Shown: positions 49,514-61,870, numbered from the stretch's first letter. The stretch: 64,000 bases of DNA from Selaginella moellendorffii (GCF_000143415.4 NW_003314315.1:1115514-1179513); one strand, 5' to 3'. The notes: generated from the letters alone by a model not told the origin. Made by a program: numbers and translations.

Positions 49514-51863
49514 GACTCCTTTATTGTTTGTGGAGTCTCTAACTTCCCCGTGATCCCAACTATAGTTGTTTACCACAACTACATTAGCTAGTTTGCTGAG
49601 TCAAACACTCATCTGGATCACCTCCTCAACTCAATGAGGAAAACCTTGCACTGTTCCCAAAATCCCAAAGTCATTCCATTATTGGTCCTTTTCTATCCAC
49701 CACCGTGTCTAGAAGTTCACACATGAACTGTAATAGAGAGCCATGTCTTCCCGACCTAATACTCTTTAAGGATAGGCCCACTCCTCGGACCTTCCGATGC
49801 CAACACCAATGGTGATATACTTGGCCACCAATAAGAGTTGGACTAAGGAACAGCTCCGATACCAAGTTGTAAGTGACTAATTTTTTCCATTCTACTTTAG
49901 TCACTTAACCATATCTCCGACCACTTGGAGGAGTCTCTTTCACGACCTCCAAAAGTCCAATTCGGGACTTGGGGCTTGATAGCCCCAAAAATGGCATCCA
50001 TGCCACTCAACCTTAGCACTTGGTCCAAGTGCTCCACATGTCCGATCCCATGACCGACACCCTAAGGTACCACTAACATATCGGCCCGTTACGCTAAGGC
50101 CGTACCCATTCACCTTGGTCACACCAATGGTCTAACGCCACCTACATCACAGTCCTATCTCTTAAAGACTGGGCCATCCGTCCATGAGTGATCATCCTAT
50201 ATCCACTCCTCCGCATCCTTAGGATGCTCACAGACATGGGGAATAGCCTTCCCCAATATCTCTTTTCCAGTCCCCACCAAGTCCCTTTCTGTCCGTGGCT
50301 GTGTTCGCCAACACTGCCACTGGATCAAGGCCCACAGGCCCGACCACTCAGTCCAACTGTCCTCTGGGACTTTCTCACTGTGTGACTGTGTCCTTGGTCA
50401 CCACACTAGAGGGCTACTCCTCTTCCTTTCTACAGTTTGGGATTTTGGGGCAACATTTCGGAACACCGTGGCCTTACGCGGGCCTTGTGGTACTCTCCTT
50501 GCCTTCTGCCCTTGGGTGCTCTAGCCATGGGCTTAGAGCGAGGTTCCGTTGAGCCACACCAGGTATCCAAGTAGGTAGTGCCACCCACACTTGGACTGGG
50601 AGCATCGGCCAGTCGATCTCCCGGGGGAACTAGAGCTAGCTCTTGAACACTTCACCAAGCTACCCCATTTGTTGGTCCGTGTTCACTCTAGTCTTGGACT
50701 TCCCAGTGGGCAGCTCATCACCCAACACTGGGTCCGGCCTTCCTGGGCCAAACTGGCCTTTCCTGGCCAAACTGGCTCCACTGCAGTCCTCCCCCTACTA
50801 TAATTTTGGAGCTCACCAAACCCCCCAGGGTCTGGGAGACGAACGCTTTGGGCTTTCACCCTCTCAGACTTGGACTCGGACTCGGACTCGGACTCAGACT
50901 CGGACTCGGACTCGGACTCAGACTCGGACTCGGGCTCGATCTCGGGCTCGGTCTCAGCCTCGGTCTCAGCCTCGGTCTCGGTCTCGGTCCCAATCTCGGT
51001 CTCGGTCTCGGTCCTGGTCTCGGTCCCGGTATCGGTCTCAACTTCAGGCTCCATCTCGGGTCCATCTCGAACTCCATCTTAGACTCCATCTCGGGTCCAT
51101 CTCGGGTTCATCTCGGGCTCCATCTCGGGTCCACCTCGGACTCCATCTCGAACTCCATCTCGGGTCCCATCTCGGACTCCATCTCGGACTCCATATCGGA
51201 CTCCATCTCGGGTCCATTTCGGGTCCACCTTGGACTCCAACTCGGGTCCACCTCGGACTCCATCTCGGGTCCCATCTCAGACTCCATCTTGGGTCCCATC
51301 TCGGACTCCATCTCGGACTCCATCTCGGGTCCCATCTCGGACTCCATTTTGGGTCCCATCTCGGACTCCATCTCAAACTCCATATCAGACTCTATATCGG
51401 GTTCCATCTCGGACTCCATCTCGGACTCCATATCGGACTCCATCTCGAGTCCTTTTGGGTCCCTTTTTGGAGCCTTGCTTATTGCTCGCTTCATGCTCGT
51501 TCCTTGGGCACTTTGTTGGGAGTTCCACTCTCGATCTTGACCTTTCCAAATCGGAGCTTTTGGTCCAAACGTGTTATGCTCGTTTGGCTTTTGCTTCGGC
51601 CACTACCACATGGCACCCTTTCGGCTCCACTTTGGGGCCTATTGATTTTGTGTCTCACAAATAATTGGTGCAATTGCTTGATACTATGTGATTGCAATTG
51701 AACAACTAAATTCAGTTAATGGCAGCATTCATGGCATGTGGTATAACTCCTGTTACTCTTGATGCCAATCCTTGTTTTCAGCTGGAATTCTTTTGTAAGA
51801 ATCTTGGGGATGATGTGTACTAGCGCTTCAATCACTTCACAATGATTGCTATATATCATTATT

Positions 51864-54237
51864 AAGCTCTATTTCGTTAAAGTGGGATTTATTCAGTAAA
51901 ATGGGACTAGGTACAAATTTTCAAGTATTTGAAAATGACGTGAAATTATATGTTTTTTGTCCAGGGGCTAGACATATCTGGGGCATGGTGACTAGTGCGG
52001 TGACTTTGTGTCCAGACTGAGTCCATCTGGTTGTATAATAAATCTCATTGTCAAGGTGAACAAGCCGAATCTAAAGCTAAAGAAGAGCGATGGCATGCGC
52101 GCACACACTATTTGTTTGTTCATTGAGCGTGTGGTGAGCTTTCCAAGATGAACGTCATTCCTATTAGCCAGACATATAACTTAATGGTGAGAACATTTAG
52201 ATATTATTCAATGTTATCTTTTTCTAACGAATCTAATTGTGAAGGTGTAGCAAGAGGCATTGCTAGTCTGGAGAAGTCATTTAACTCATTTGACCCTTAG
52301 TGTATTTTCATGAAACTAAATAACATTCATATTATTAAGGAATTTCTCTAGTACCTTTTTTTTACGACATAGAGGCTTGCATTTCTTTCAAAGGTGATTT
52401 AGTAAAAGGCTTGAGGGCACATGCCATTCTATTTCTCAGACCGGTATTAAGATATACTAGTGCAAAGGGCCACATGCCATCACGCCTCCTCTGATTCAGA
52501 TTCGGATTGTTCACCTTGAAATAAAATACATTAGAAACTTAGTAAAGGAATATTAATGAATCTCACCTTGAACCCGGGTTATGAATGCTCTTGCTGCATC
52601 TCTTGCATGGTCTGGCAAGGTGATGGTGGCACTCTGCTTCCGCATCCAACCATGCACAACATTATCCACCGATATGCTCATGCTGGGATCCCTTGGATTC
52701 AGCACCCATCTCTTTTCTAGGCAATCCTTCGTATATCCGGAACTTGGCTTGAACCACTCCACAGTTACATTGAAGGAGTTAGTTTCCGCGTCCTCCTCTG
52801 CATCAGTGATGCAGCGCCCCACCCATATCATTTGTTTTTTATTACTGGGTCTGACAAGCACGACCATTCCTTTGCAGACCTGTACTGGATTGAATGCTGA
52901 ATCCGGCTTCTTGTTCCTCGGCCCACAATAGTGATCCTCAACATCGTTATCTGTCACTGCATTTCCAGAGGACATTGTTCCGCTACTATCTGGTGCTCTG
53001 GGTTCTGGCCAAAAGGACTCTTCCAATTCTTCATATACAACCGGCCCATTTTGGATAGCAGATATAATCTTCTCCCAGTATTCGAGCAAAGGCTTGCACC
53101 TCTTAAAATAGGATTCTCCACCAAACACCAACCCCCTCTTCCAAAAGGCAATATGCTGTCTAATCCTGGCCACTATACTTTCCTGGTCTTTGAGTCCATC
53201 CGGGTGCATCGGCCGTGGGGAACCCTGAGGAATCATAGGTTCCCCAGTTATGGGATCTCTCTTGAAGAGTTCAATGCCATCCACTGGCAGCCACACTGTG
53301 TCGCATTCTCTCATCTTGTACCTCATCACTGGAGCACCGTCACGCATGCTGAAATGAAACTGAAGAGGCTTGGAGTGGCCAATCAGCATTTCGGATCCGT
53401 CCCTGATGTAGCCTCTTACAAACCCCTTAAAGTCTGGAACCTCTGTCACAAGTGCAGCTTCAACAGTGCCTTTGATGCAATTTTGGAATTCATCGTAGAG
53501 TTGTGGGAAGGTGAGGACATTGGATCGCCGGAGGGACTCTGCTAGGTGACTGAACATGGCATCGACGTCTTCATGAGTGTGCCCAACCATGAGAAAGCCA
53601 AGTGTAACCGTTTCAAATATGCCTTTGGCAACAAGCATCGCCAAGTACGCGAAGACGTACATGTTTTTGTTCTCACTGCCAGCATTGTCTGTTTGGAGCA
53701 GAAGATGGGGTGGAAGGCCACATTGGCTGCAAGAACTTCCTTGAGATTCTGCTTCGTTTGGATGAGGCTGTGCATTCACCGGGCCACCAGCCTTGTCGGA
53801 ATGGCATGAGGCCTCACGTGATAACCCTACAATCTGACGGCCAACATATTCACTGGGATGGCATGGGGCCCCACGCGATACTGCAAGCCTTTGCTCCTCC
53901 TCCAGCTGAACCCTGTATGGGGTTCGATCGACAAGGGCCTTATGCAAGGGTTGGCCGTTCAACTCAGTCTGCGCACTTTGCAGAGACCTTAAGTGTTTTG
54001 CTAGGGACGCAATCATCATGTTTGCACCCCCGCCACCCCATAGAGGTACAAAGAAGTTCCCATAGTTCTGGGCACCATGCCCATGAGCGATTATGCCAAA
54101 AAGAGACACAGGCAGCTGCATGGATGAAGAGATTGCCTTGGGGGCAGGATTGAGTCGAGGTAAGCACGTCTTTTTCTGGTCCATTTTGTCGTGGATGATG
54201 CAGAGGTAAGAGTCAGGTCTCTCCATGGAAAGAATCT
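51864..54237 (-). mobile_element. Truncated near-identical duplicate of 57936-60306, containing the 3' half of the transposase (52553-54226)
   Basis: Identity begins at AAGCTCTATTTCG and ends at CTCCATGGA.AGAATC; the 557-aa ORF matches the C-terminal half of the 1021-aa ORF. Confidence 0.88.
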
Positions 54238-54289
54238 GTTTTCATTTGTCAGCTCTAATTGTTGTGCATTTCTGAACAGGCGAGAAATT

Positions 54290-57200
54290 GCGTTCTTCTT
54301 CCAGCCACTGTCAATGTGGATGCAAAGAAGGGGGAGGAGCTCACCAGTTGGACTTTCAGGATGGAAGGCGAGGATCTGAGGCTGTACAACACAGATGGTG
54401 GGAGAAAAGAATGCATGGGGATCCTCATCCAAGTGACAGACACTCCATGTAGTTCCATGCAAGAATATGGACTGGCACTTGTGGTAGAGACAGCGTCTGC
54501 CTTCAAGATCCACCTTGCACATCCTAGCGGCTTCCCGGAGGGGGGCAGCAGCTATGAGGAATTCCTAGAGGGAGCTAGGGAGAGGTTGTCCAGGAGGCCC
54601 ACAATTTCAAAGACACTGCGGGTCTATGAAGATCACATGGAATCCACGGACCTCACCTACGGCGATGTTCAAAAACTATATTCCAACATTGAGCCGTTGA
54701 GAGTGACTCCAGTTCGCGAAGCAAAGGGGAAGGGGGTCGATCTGGAGACTACCTCGAAGCAGAAAAGGGTGGTCAAGCTCAAGCCGACGTCCGACTCTCC
54801 TGCTCCAAAAAAGAAGCTACTCAGTGATGCTATTGCCTCGGGTGCGAACAGCCGCAAAGAGCAGAAAGAACAAGAAGAGGCAGCAAAAATCGTCGCAGAT
54901 AATAGTACTTGTTACTATTCCAACAAAGTATATACAATCGACGTGAGCCGTATCGACATCCAAAGCAAATACAACCACAGGCTAGTATCTAATGAGTGGG
55001 TGGAGAAACTGAAGCAGAAGATGCTGGCAAGTCCAGTAACACCCGACATCGCAGACGTGATCCCCTACTACCGAACAATGAAGGGCGAGACGAGGTTTCC
55101 AGACTTGATCAATAGGAAGGTGTTGGACGATCAGAACATCCGGTTCTATGCCGTCTCCGGGCAGCATTCTAGCTTGGCGATGCAAGAGATAGTTGTGGAT
55201 ATTATGGTGGGCGAGGAGGTGAAGAAAGTCTTCAAGACAAGAGTTGTCCGCCTGATAAAAGGCAACTCGCCCCTCCGATCTATCATATACATCTCCCACG
55301 CGCAGAATGTCAAGCAAGAAATGTGCTACAAATCGGGTCTGCACGAGACATTGGCACGAACACGGAAGCTCTGGGTTCAACTGAAGAAGCCACAAAAACC
55401 AGGACAAGGACGTGCACTAGCAACTAGCGCTTGGCAGGTAAGCCTCGTTGCATGTGGCATAGCATGTGGCCTCACGCCATTTCCATTGCAGGAATTCTCG
55501 AGTCTTCTCTCAAAAACACTGGGGGTCAATGACACACTTAGCATTCATAACATTCTACTCACGACAAAAGTTGTTTTTGACAAATGGGTAGATGTGCTGA
55601 GGAGGTACCATGACGGGGAGTTGCTAAACTCAATGGGTGTGGAGGACGGCCGGAAGCCCAATGATTTGAAGCTCAACGCCTTGCGTTTCTCGCGGTCTCT
55701 AGACGACGACAACCTTCTGACAGTGACTAATGCTCTTCTACGTGGTGAGGTAGTCTTCAACAAGACCAAAATGACTCCCGGCCATATTGTGACATACGAG
55801 GACTTGTGCACGACTCTGAGAGCTCGTGCGCTATTGAAGGATTGGATCTTCGAGCAAGTGGCCGTGGAGAGGGTGAGCATCGACACCACGCAAGAGATGA
55901 TGGAAGCGCTGGAGTTGTCAAATGAAGACATCGACGAGTACGTGAAGGGGGCCCCCAAGTTCATCGATCTGCTGCGGGATGCCACGAAAAGTAAAGCTGA
56001 GAAGTTGGATCAGTATCCAAATTTTATTAAGATTGATGTCGACTGCCGGCTTCAGAAACAGCTCGACCCCGCAGCAGAGGCCTATCGAGAACCTTACCGG
56101 GTATACTTGAATTCGGATGAGGATCAAAGGTGGAGGAGCATCGTTTCCCACGGAGATGAGCAGGTCAAAAACATCTTTTGTGTGATGGACTTCACAAACG
56201 AGGAGATCACTCATGCAGACGAAGTCAGCTCCATCATTGACTTAATGGTGGGACTTGCGGAGGTGGAATCTTCAGTCCACTATATGATCTACGACTCCGA
56301 ATCCTATCACAAGTTCTGGAAGGCCTTGAACGAGGTGAAGGCTCGGTTGAAAGGCAAGGAGATGCGGGAGATCCATGGGATAATGGCTAAGAAGAAGATA
56401 CCGACGAATGTCCGCATCTTCACACTCGCCCTTGTTATTGGTCCTGTAGCAGAGTGGGACTAGAGTGACTTCCCAGCTTCGTTCGACAAGGCCAATCGAA
56501 TTGATCTGAGGGAGGTCAATTTACCAGTGCTTGAGGAACTGAAGACGGCTATAGAGCTTTCGAATCCAAAGAAAGCTCCAGGTGCAGCATGGGAAATGCT
56601 CAGCTGGGTCTTCAACGCAATAGCGGGTGGGTCACCTGCTTCCGACTCCAAGGGCAAATGTGTTGTCGAGTACAACTGCGGCGGACTATTCTTTCGAGCC
56701 GCACTACTCAAGGGTGTCCCGTGTGTTGCGGTGACAAACTCCATTGAAGAGGTGACTTCAATGGAGCATATAATTACAGTTGCCAAAGAAAAACAGTATC
56801 TTCTCAGCGAACCTAGTGAGTACACACTTTAAGTTTAAATGTTATCTCACAAGCTCTGTATGCAGGAGCGTGGCCACCCCCAGATGCTGAAACGGTGTTA
56901 ACAGCTACTGTTGAAGATACCCATGTTGGGCCGAGCTCACAACTTGCACAAGGTAAGGTCACGTGAGGCCTCACGCCATTTTGATTATAGATCGTTGTGA
57001 ATATTCAGACACGAGGACTGAAAAGCGCACTGGTGGCGCATCGAAGAAGGACAAACAGACAAGCAATAGGAAAAAAGGAGGTACAAATTATATTTGCAAT
57101 GGCGTGTGGTCTCATGCCATTCCTTGCAGGAGAAACTTCTTCAAAGGCAAAATAGGCAAGCACCAGCCAAGCTCAAACTGACAGTGGTCATAAAAAGCAA

Positions 57201-58093
57201 AAGCACGTTGGACAGTCGTCGAGATCAGAGGCGTTTGATTCGAAAAGGAAGAAGGGCAACGAAAAGATGATAGGTAATGCCTCGCGGTTATGGCGTGTGT
57301 GCTCATGCCATTCATTGCAGATCAAGGGCTGAGTGAAAGCAGGCAGTCACCACCTCATGACTCAGATTCCTATGGCGGACTCCCCTTCCCCAATCTCAAT
57401 GGAGAGGTACAATGGATGAGGGAAGCTTTTCAAGTCAGGGCCACGTTTTTCTCATCTCGTCGTCTTCGAAGGGTGCAAGAACGTGCAGAAACCATGTTAA
57501 GACAGTCGGGTGAGGATACGGTCCTAGGTCACGCACTAAAACAAGCTATGGATGTCTTGTATTTTGAGATGGAGACTTGGCCAGATGATTTTCCCAAGAT
57601 GGTCTTGGAAGAACAAGCCATCCAGCCTGAGCAGCCTATGGAAGAAATGCAGGAGGGGGATGAGGAGCCAGAGAAAGATAATGAGCAGGAAGAGCAGAAG
57701 GATGAAGAGGAGGACAAAGAAGAGGAGGACGAAGAGGACTTGGATGGTCCTCACAATGGTGACGATCACAATAACGATGACGACGATGATGACGATGATG
57801 GCCAGCCTGAGGTGGCCAAAGAGCAGCGGAGGAAGGTCATACAAGACAAACCATCAGGTAAATAATAGTACATCCATTCCTAACCTTTTACCATTTCTAA
57901 CATTGTCCATGTAGGTCGCAGAGCAAATGGTAAGTAAAGCTCTATTTCGTTAAAGTGGGATTTATTCAGTAAAATGGGACTAGGTACAAATTTTCAAGTA
58001 TTTGAAAATGACGTGAAATTATATGTTTTTTGTCCAGGGGCTAGACATATCTGGGGCATGGTGACTAGCGCGGTGACTTTGTGTCCAGACTGA
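54290..58093 (+). pseudogene. Transposon-associated multi-exon gene with ParB/Srx-like domain, degenerate DNA-MTase-like region and acidic tail; 5'-truncated, two in-frame TAGs
   Basis: Acceptor at 54289. Motifs NHRLVSNEWVEKLKQKM..FYAVSGQHSSLAM and KCVVEYNCGGLFFRAALLKGVPCVAV. Frame continues past TAG 56461. Introns 55438-55491, 56816-56865, 56953-56990, 57081-57129 and 57274-57320 keep frame. The 3' end is uncertain. Confidence 0.65.
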
Positions 58094-58625
58094 GTCCATC
58101 TGGTTGTATAATAAATCTCATTGTCAAGGTGAACAAGCCGAATCTGAAGCTAAAGAAGAGCGATGGCATGCGCGCACACACTATTTGTTTGTTCATTGAG
58201 CGTGTGGTGAGCTTTCCAAGATGAACGTCATTCCTATTAGCTAGACATATAACTTAATGGTGAGAACATTTAGATATTATTCAATGTTATCTTTTTCTAA
58301 CGAATCTAATTGTGAAGGTGTAGCAAGAGGCATTGCTAGTCTGGAGAAGTCATTTAACTCATTTGACCCTTAATGTATTTTCATGAAACTAAATAACATT
58401 CATATTATTAAGGAATTTCTCTAGTCCCTTTTTTTTACGACATAGAGGCTTGCATTTCTTTCAAAGGTGATATAGTAAAAGGCCTGAGGGCACATGCCAT
58501 TCTATTTCTCAGACCAGTATTAAGATATACTAGTGCAAAGGGCCACATGCCATCACGCCTCCTCTGATTCAGATTCGGATTGTTCACCTTGAAATAAAAT
58601 ACATTAGAAACTTAGTAAAGGAATA

Positions 58626-61600
58626 TTAAATCTCACCTTGAACCCGGGTTATGAATGCTCTTGCTGCATCTCTTGCATGGTCTGGCAAGGTGATGGTGGC
58701 ACTCTGCTTCCGCATCCAACCATGCACAACATTATCCACCGATATGCTCATGCTGGGATCCCTTGGATTCAGCACCCATCTCTTTTCTAGGCAATCCTTC
58801 GTATATCCGGAACTTGGCTTGAACCACTCCACAGTTACATTGAAGGAGTTAGTTTCCGCGTCCTCCTCTGCATCAGTGATGCAACGCCCCACCCATATCA
58901 TTTGTTTTTTATTACTGGGTCTGACAAGCACGACCATTCCTTTGCAGACTTGTACTGGATTGAATGCTGAATCCGGCTTCTTGTTCCTCGGCCCACAATA
59001 GTGATCCTCAACATCGTTATCTGTCACTGCATTTCCAGAGGACATTGTTCCGCTACTATCTGGTGCTCTGGGTTCTGGCCAAAAGGACTCTTCCAATTCT
59101 TCATATACAACCGGCCCATTTTGGATAGCAGATATAATCTTCTCCCAGTATTCGAGCAAAGGCTTGCACCTCTTAAAATAGGATTCTCCACCAAACACCA
59201 ACCCCCTCTTCCAGAAGGCAATATGCTGTCTAATCCCGGCCACTATACTTTCCTGGTCTTTGAGTCCATCCGGGTGCATCGGCCGTGGGGAACCCTGAGG
59301 AATCATAGGTTCCCCAGTTATGGGATCTCTCTTGAAGAGTTCAATGCCGTCCACTGGCAGCCACATTGTGTCCCATTCTCTCATCTTGTACCTCATCACT
59401 GGAGCACCGTCACGCATGCTGAAATGAAACTGAAGAGGCTTGGAGTGGCCAATCAGCGTTTCGGATCCGTCCCTGATATAGCCTCTTACAAACCCCTTAA
59501 AGTCTGGAACCTCTGTCACAAGTGCAGCTTCAACAGTGCCTTTGATGCAATTTTGGAATTCATCGTAGAGTTGTGGGAGGGTGAGGACATTGGATCGCCG
59601 GAGGGACTCTGCCAGGTGACTGAACATGGCATCGACGTCTTCATGAGTGTGCCCAACCATGAGAAAGCCAAGTGTAACCGTTTCAAATATGCCTTTGGCA
59701 ACAAGCATCGCCAAGTACGCGAAGACGTACATGTTTTTGTTCTCACTGCCAGCATTGTCTGTTTGGAGCAGAAGATGGGGTGGAAGGCCACATCGGCCGC
59801 AAGAACTTCCTTGAGATTCTGCTTCGTTTGGATGAGGCTGTGCATTCACCGGGCGACCAGCCTCGTCGGAATGGCATGAGGCCTCACGTGATAACCCTAC
59901 AATCTGACGGCCAACATATTCACTGGGATGGCATGGGGCCCCACGCGATACTGCAAGCCTTTGCTCCTCCTCCAGCTGAACCCTGTATGGGGTTCGATCG
60001 ACAAGGGCCTTATGCAAGGGTTGGCCGTTCAGCTCAGTCTGCGCACTTTGCAGAGACCTTAAGTGTTTTGCTAGGGACGCAATCATCATGTTTGCACCCC
60101 CGCCACCCCATAGAGGTACAAAGAAGTTCCCATAGTTCTGGGCACCATGCCCATGAGCGATTATGCCAAATAGAGACACAGGCAGCTGCATGGATGAAGA
60201 GATTGCCTTGGGGGCAGGATTGAGTCGAGGTAAGCACGTCTTTTTCTGGTCCATTTTGTCGTGGATGATGCAGAGGTAAGAGTCAGGTCTCTCCATGGAG
60301 AGAATCCTGTTATGATAATATGCAGTCCTGCAGCTTCTCTGCTCGATGTTGTGGTCGAGCCGCCTTCTAACCAACGTCTCTCGCTCTTGAGTGCTGCAAG
60401 AATTCTTCGACAAAGCCATTTTGATAGCAGTGCACTCGTCACACTTTGAAAAGCTGGAGTACTTTCCTATACTCACATCCCTGAACCTGTTGCTCCACAA
60501 TCTACTAAATCTAGATTGGCTCAGCTTCCTGTAGCCATTACTCTGGAGTTCCCGATTCACATCTTCCAATATGGCCCCCTTGGTATACATGGAAGGGAGA
60601 ACTCGTTGGGTGTCTCGTGTTCCATCTTCCAAGAGGCGGGTTTTATGTGGTTGCTGCTCGCTACATGTCTCAACAAACCTCTTGAAGATTGCCTCTCCAT
60701 ATACAACATGACCCCTGGTTTTGTGCGTACCGTCGTTCCCATGGACTGCCTGTTGAACCCTTTGTTCCTCGAACTCAGTTTTGATTCTGTAGAATGTGCT
60801 TCGAGGGACTCCATAAATGATTCTCCATGCCTTCATGCAGACCAAACCCCTCTGGAAGACCATGCCCCCCACCTGATGTTCTGAAGCATCAACAGATGAC
60901 CGTAATGCCTCATACACAAAATTGCGAGCTGCCTTCCAGGACAATGTCTTGTATCTTGCTCTCTCCTCTTCAATAGCATCCCAATCAGCATGTTGACAGC
61001 ACCTCCTCTTGCAACAAGCAACTGTCGAGACCATTCGAACCTCCATCGCCATTTTCTGCCTTTTCGGTTCGTTGCTCAGATCCCTTTGGCTGCGCTGTAG
61101 GAAGGTGTACTTTCTTTTCCCATGAAGAGATGTTCTGTCATCAGTTGTAGTGGTGTTTGATTGTGAATCCTTCACATTCTCAAACACTAAATGCCTCAAT
61201 TTCCACCGCACAATGCTTCCAATAGTCAGACTGTTTTCTTCTGTGTCAACAACCTCTAAAATTGCAACTCCAATATCATCCCAGCCCAATTCTTGATTAG
61301 CAACCGCATCTCTTGGATCGACAACTGTGGCTAAGCCCTCAGCTACCACCTCCCCCTCGGGGTTGTTTAGAAACACCTTTGCCTGAATCCATGTAGCACG
61401 GTTCTTAAGATCCACGGAGGGAACATGCGTCACACTTGCACTGTCCCCAACATTTGCTTTCTTCTGAAGATTTTTCAAGGCAACAACAACATTTACCCCG
61501 ACGACCATCTCTCCTCGTTCAATAGCGACTACATTCCCATCGAAGACAGTCTCTACTGATACAGCAGCATTGCCTTCCCCAAGCCTTTGACAGTGTATAA

Positions 61601-61691
61601 CAAAGTTCCGATCCATAGACACAAGGGTCCCTTTTGCAACTCTCTTCCCACCATTCAAAATGTAAACCTTTTCCCCAACCCTGAAGGCCAT
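58626..61691 (-). CDS. Intact 1021-aa DDD-type transposase (Sola-like) with two N-terminal TNP1/En-Spm-like domains
   Basis: SKCDEC..H motif; candidate catalytic residues in HDKMDQ, QTDNAGSENKN and FLMVGHTHEDVD; duplicated VAKG/VAEG..LG..V.V module. Superfamily call is by motif only. Confidence 0.7.
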   Translation of the reverse strand: MAFRVGEKVYILNGGKRVAKGTLVSMDRNFVIHCQRLGEGNAAVSVETVFDGNVVAIERGEMVVGVNVVVALKNLQKKANVGDSASVTHVPSVDLKNRATWIQAKVFLNNPEGEVVAEGLATVVDPRDAVANQELGWDDIGVAILEVVDTEENSLTIGSIVRWKLRHLVFENVKDSQSNTTTTDDRTSLHGKRKYTFLQRSQRDLSNEPKRQKMAMEVRMVSTVACCKRRCCQHADWDAIEEERARYKTLSWKAARNFVYEALRSSVDASEHQVGGMVFQRGLVCMKAWRIIYGVPRSTFYRIKTEFEEQRVQQAVHGNDGTHKTRGHVVYGEAIFKRFVETCSEQQPHKTRLLEDGTRDTQRVLPSMYTKGAILEDVNRELQSNGYRKLSQSRFSRLWSNRFRDVSIGKYSSFSKCDECTAIKMALSKNSCSTQERETLVRRRLDHNIEQRSCRTAYYHNRILSMERPDSYLCIIHDKMDQKKTCLPRLNPAPKAISSSMQLPVSLFGIIAHGHGAQNYGNFFVPLWGGGGANMMIASLAKHLRSLQSAQTELNGQPLHKALVDRTPYRVQLEEEQRLAVSRGAPCHPSEYVGRQIVGLSREASCHSDEAGRPVNAQPHPNEAESQGSSCGRCGLPPHLLLQTDNAGSENKNMYVFAYLAMLVAKGIFETVTLGFLMVGHTHEDVDAMFSHLAESLRRSNVLTLPQLYDEFQNCIKGTVEAALVTEVPDFKGFVRGYIRDGSETLIGHSKPLQFHFSMRDGAPVMRYKMREWDTMWLPVDGIELFKRDPITGEPMIPQGSPRPMHPDGLKDQESIVAGIRQHIAFWKRGLVFGGESYFKRCKPLLEYWEKIISAIQNGPVVYEELEESFWPEPRAPDSSGTMSSGNAVTDNDVEDHYCGPRNKKPDSAFNPVQVCKGMVVLVRPSNKKQMIWVGRCITDAEEDAETNSFNVTVEWFKPSSGYTKDCLEKRWVLNPRDPSMSISVDNVVHGWMRKQSATITLPDHARDAARAFITRVQGEI

Positions 61692-61870
61692 TCTGAAAGT
61701 GCAGAAAAGAAGTTAAAACCATACAAAAAATGATTGGAGAATGGCCTAAATCATAACATACCAAATAGCATGAGGCCACATGCCATTATTCAAACATGCT
61801 ATTGACACCCACGTGAAATTTTGCATTCACAAAATTGGCATGAGGCCTCATGCCATTAGTGGTACCACTA

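Larger units (their letters stand above)
27639..51659 (-). mobile_element. LTR retrotransposon A (Ty3/gypsy-derived, decayed), host of nested B, C and D
   Basis: LTRs 27639-29428 and 49868-51659 (~1.79 kb, TG..CA). Met-type PBS at ~49853-49864, PPT at 29429-29442, TSD AATAG/AATAA. Internal region has no long ORF. Confidence 0.88.
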
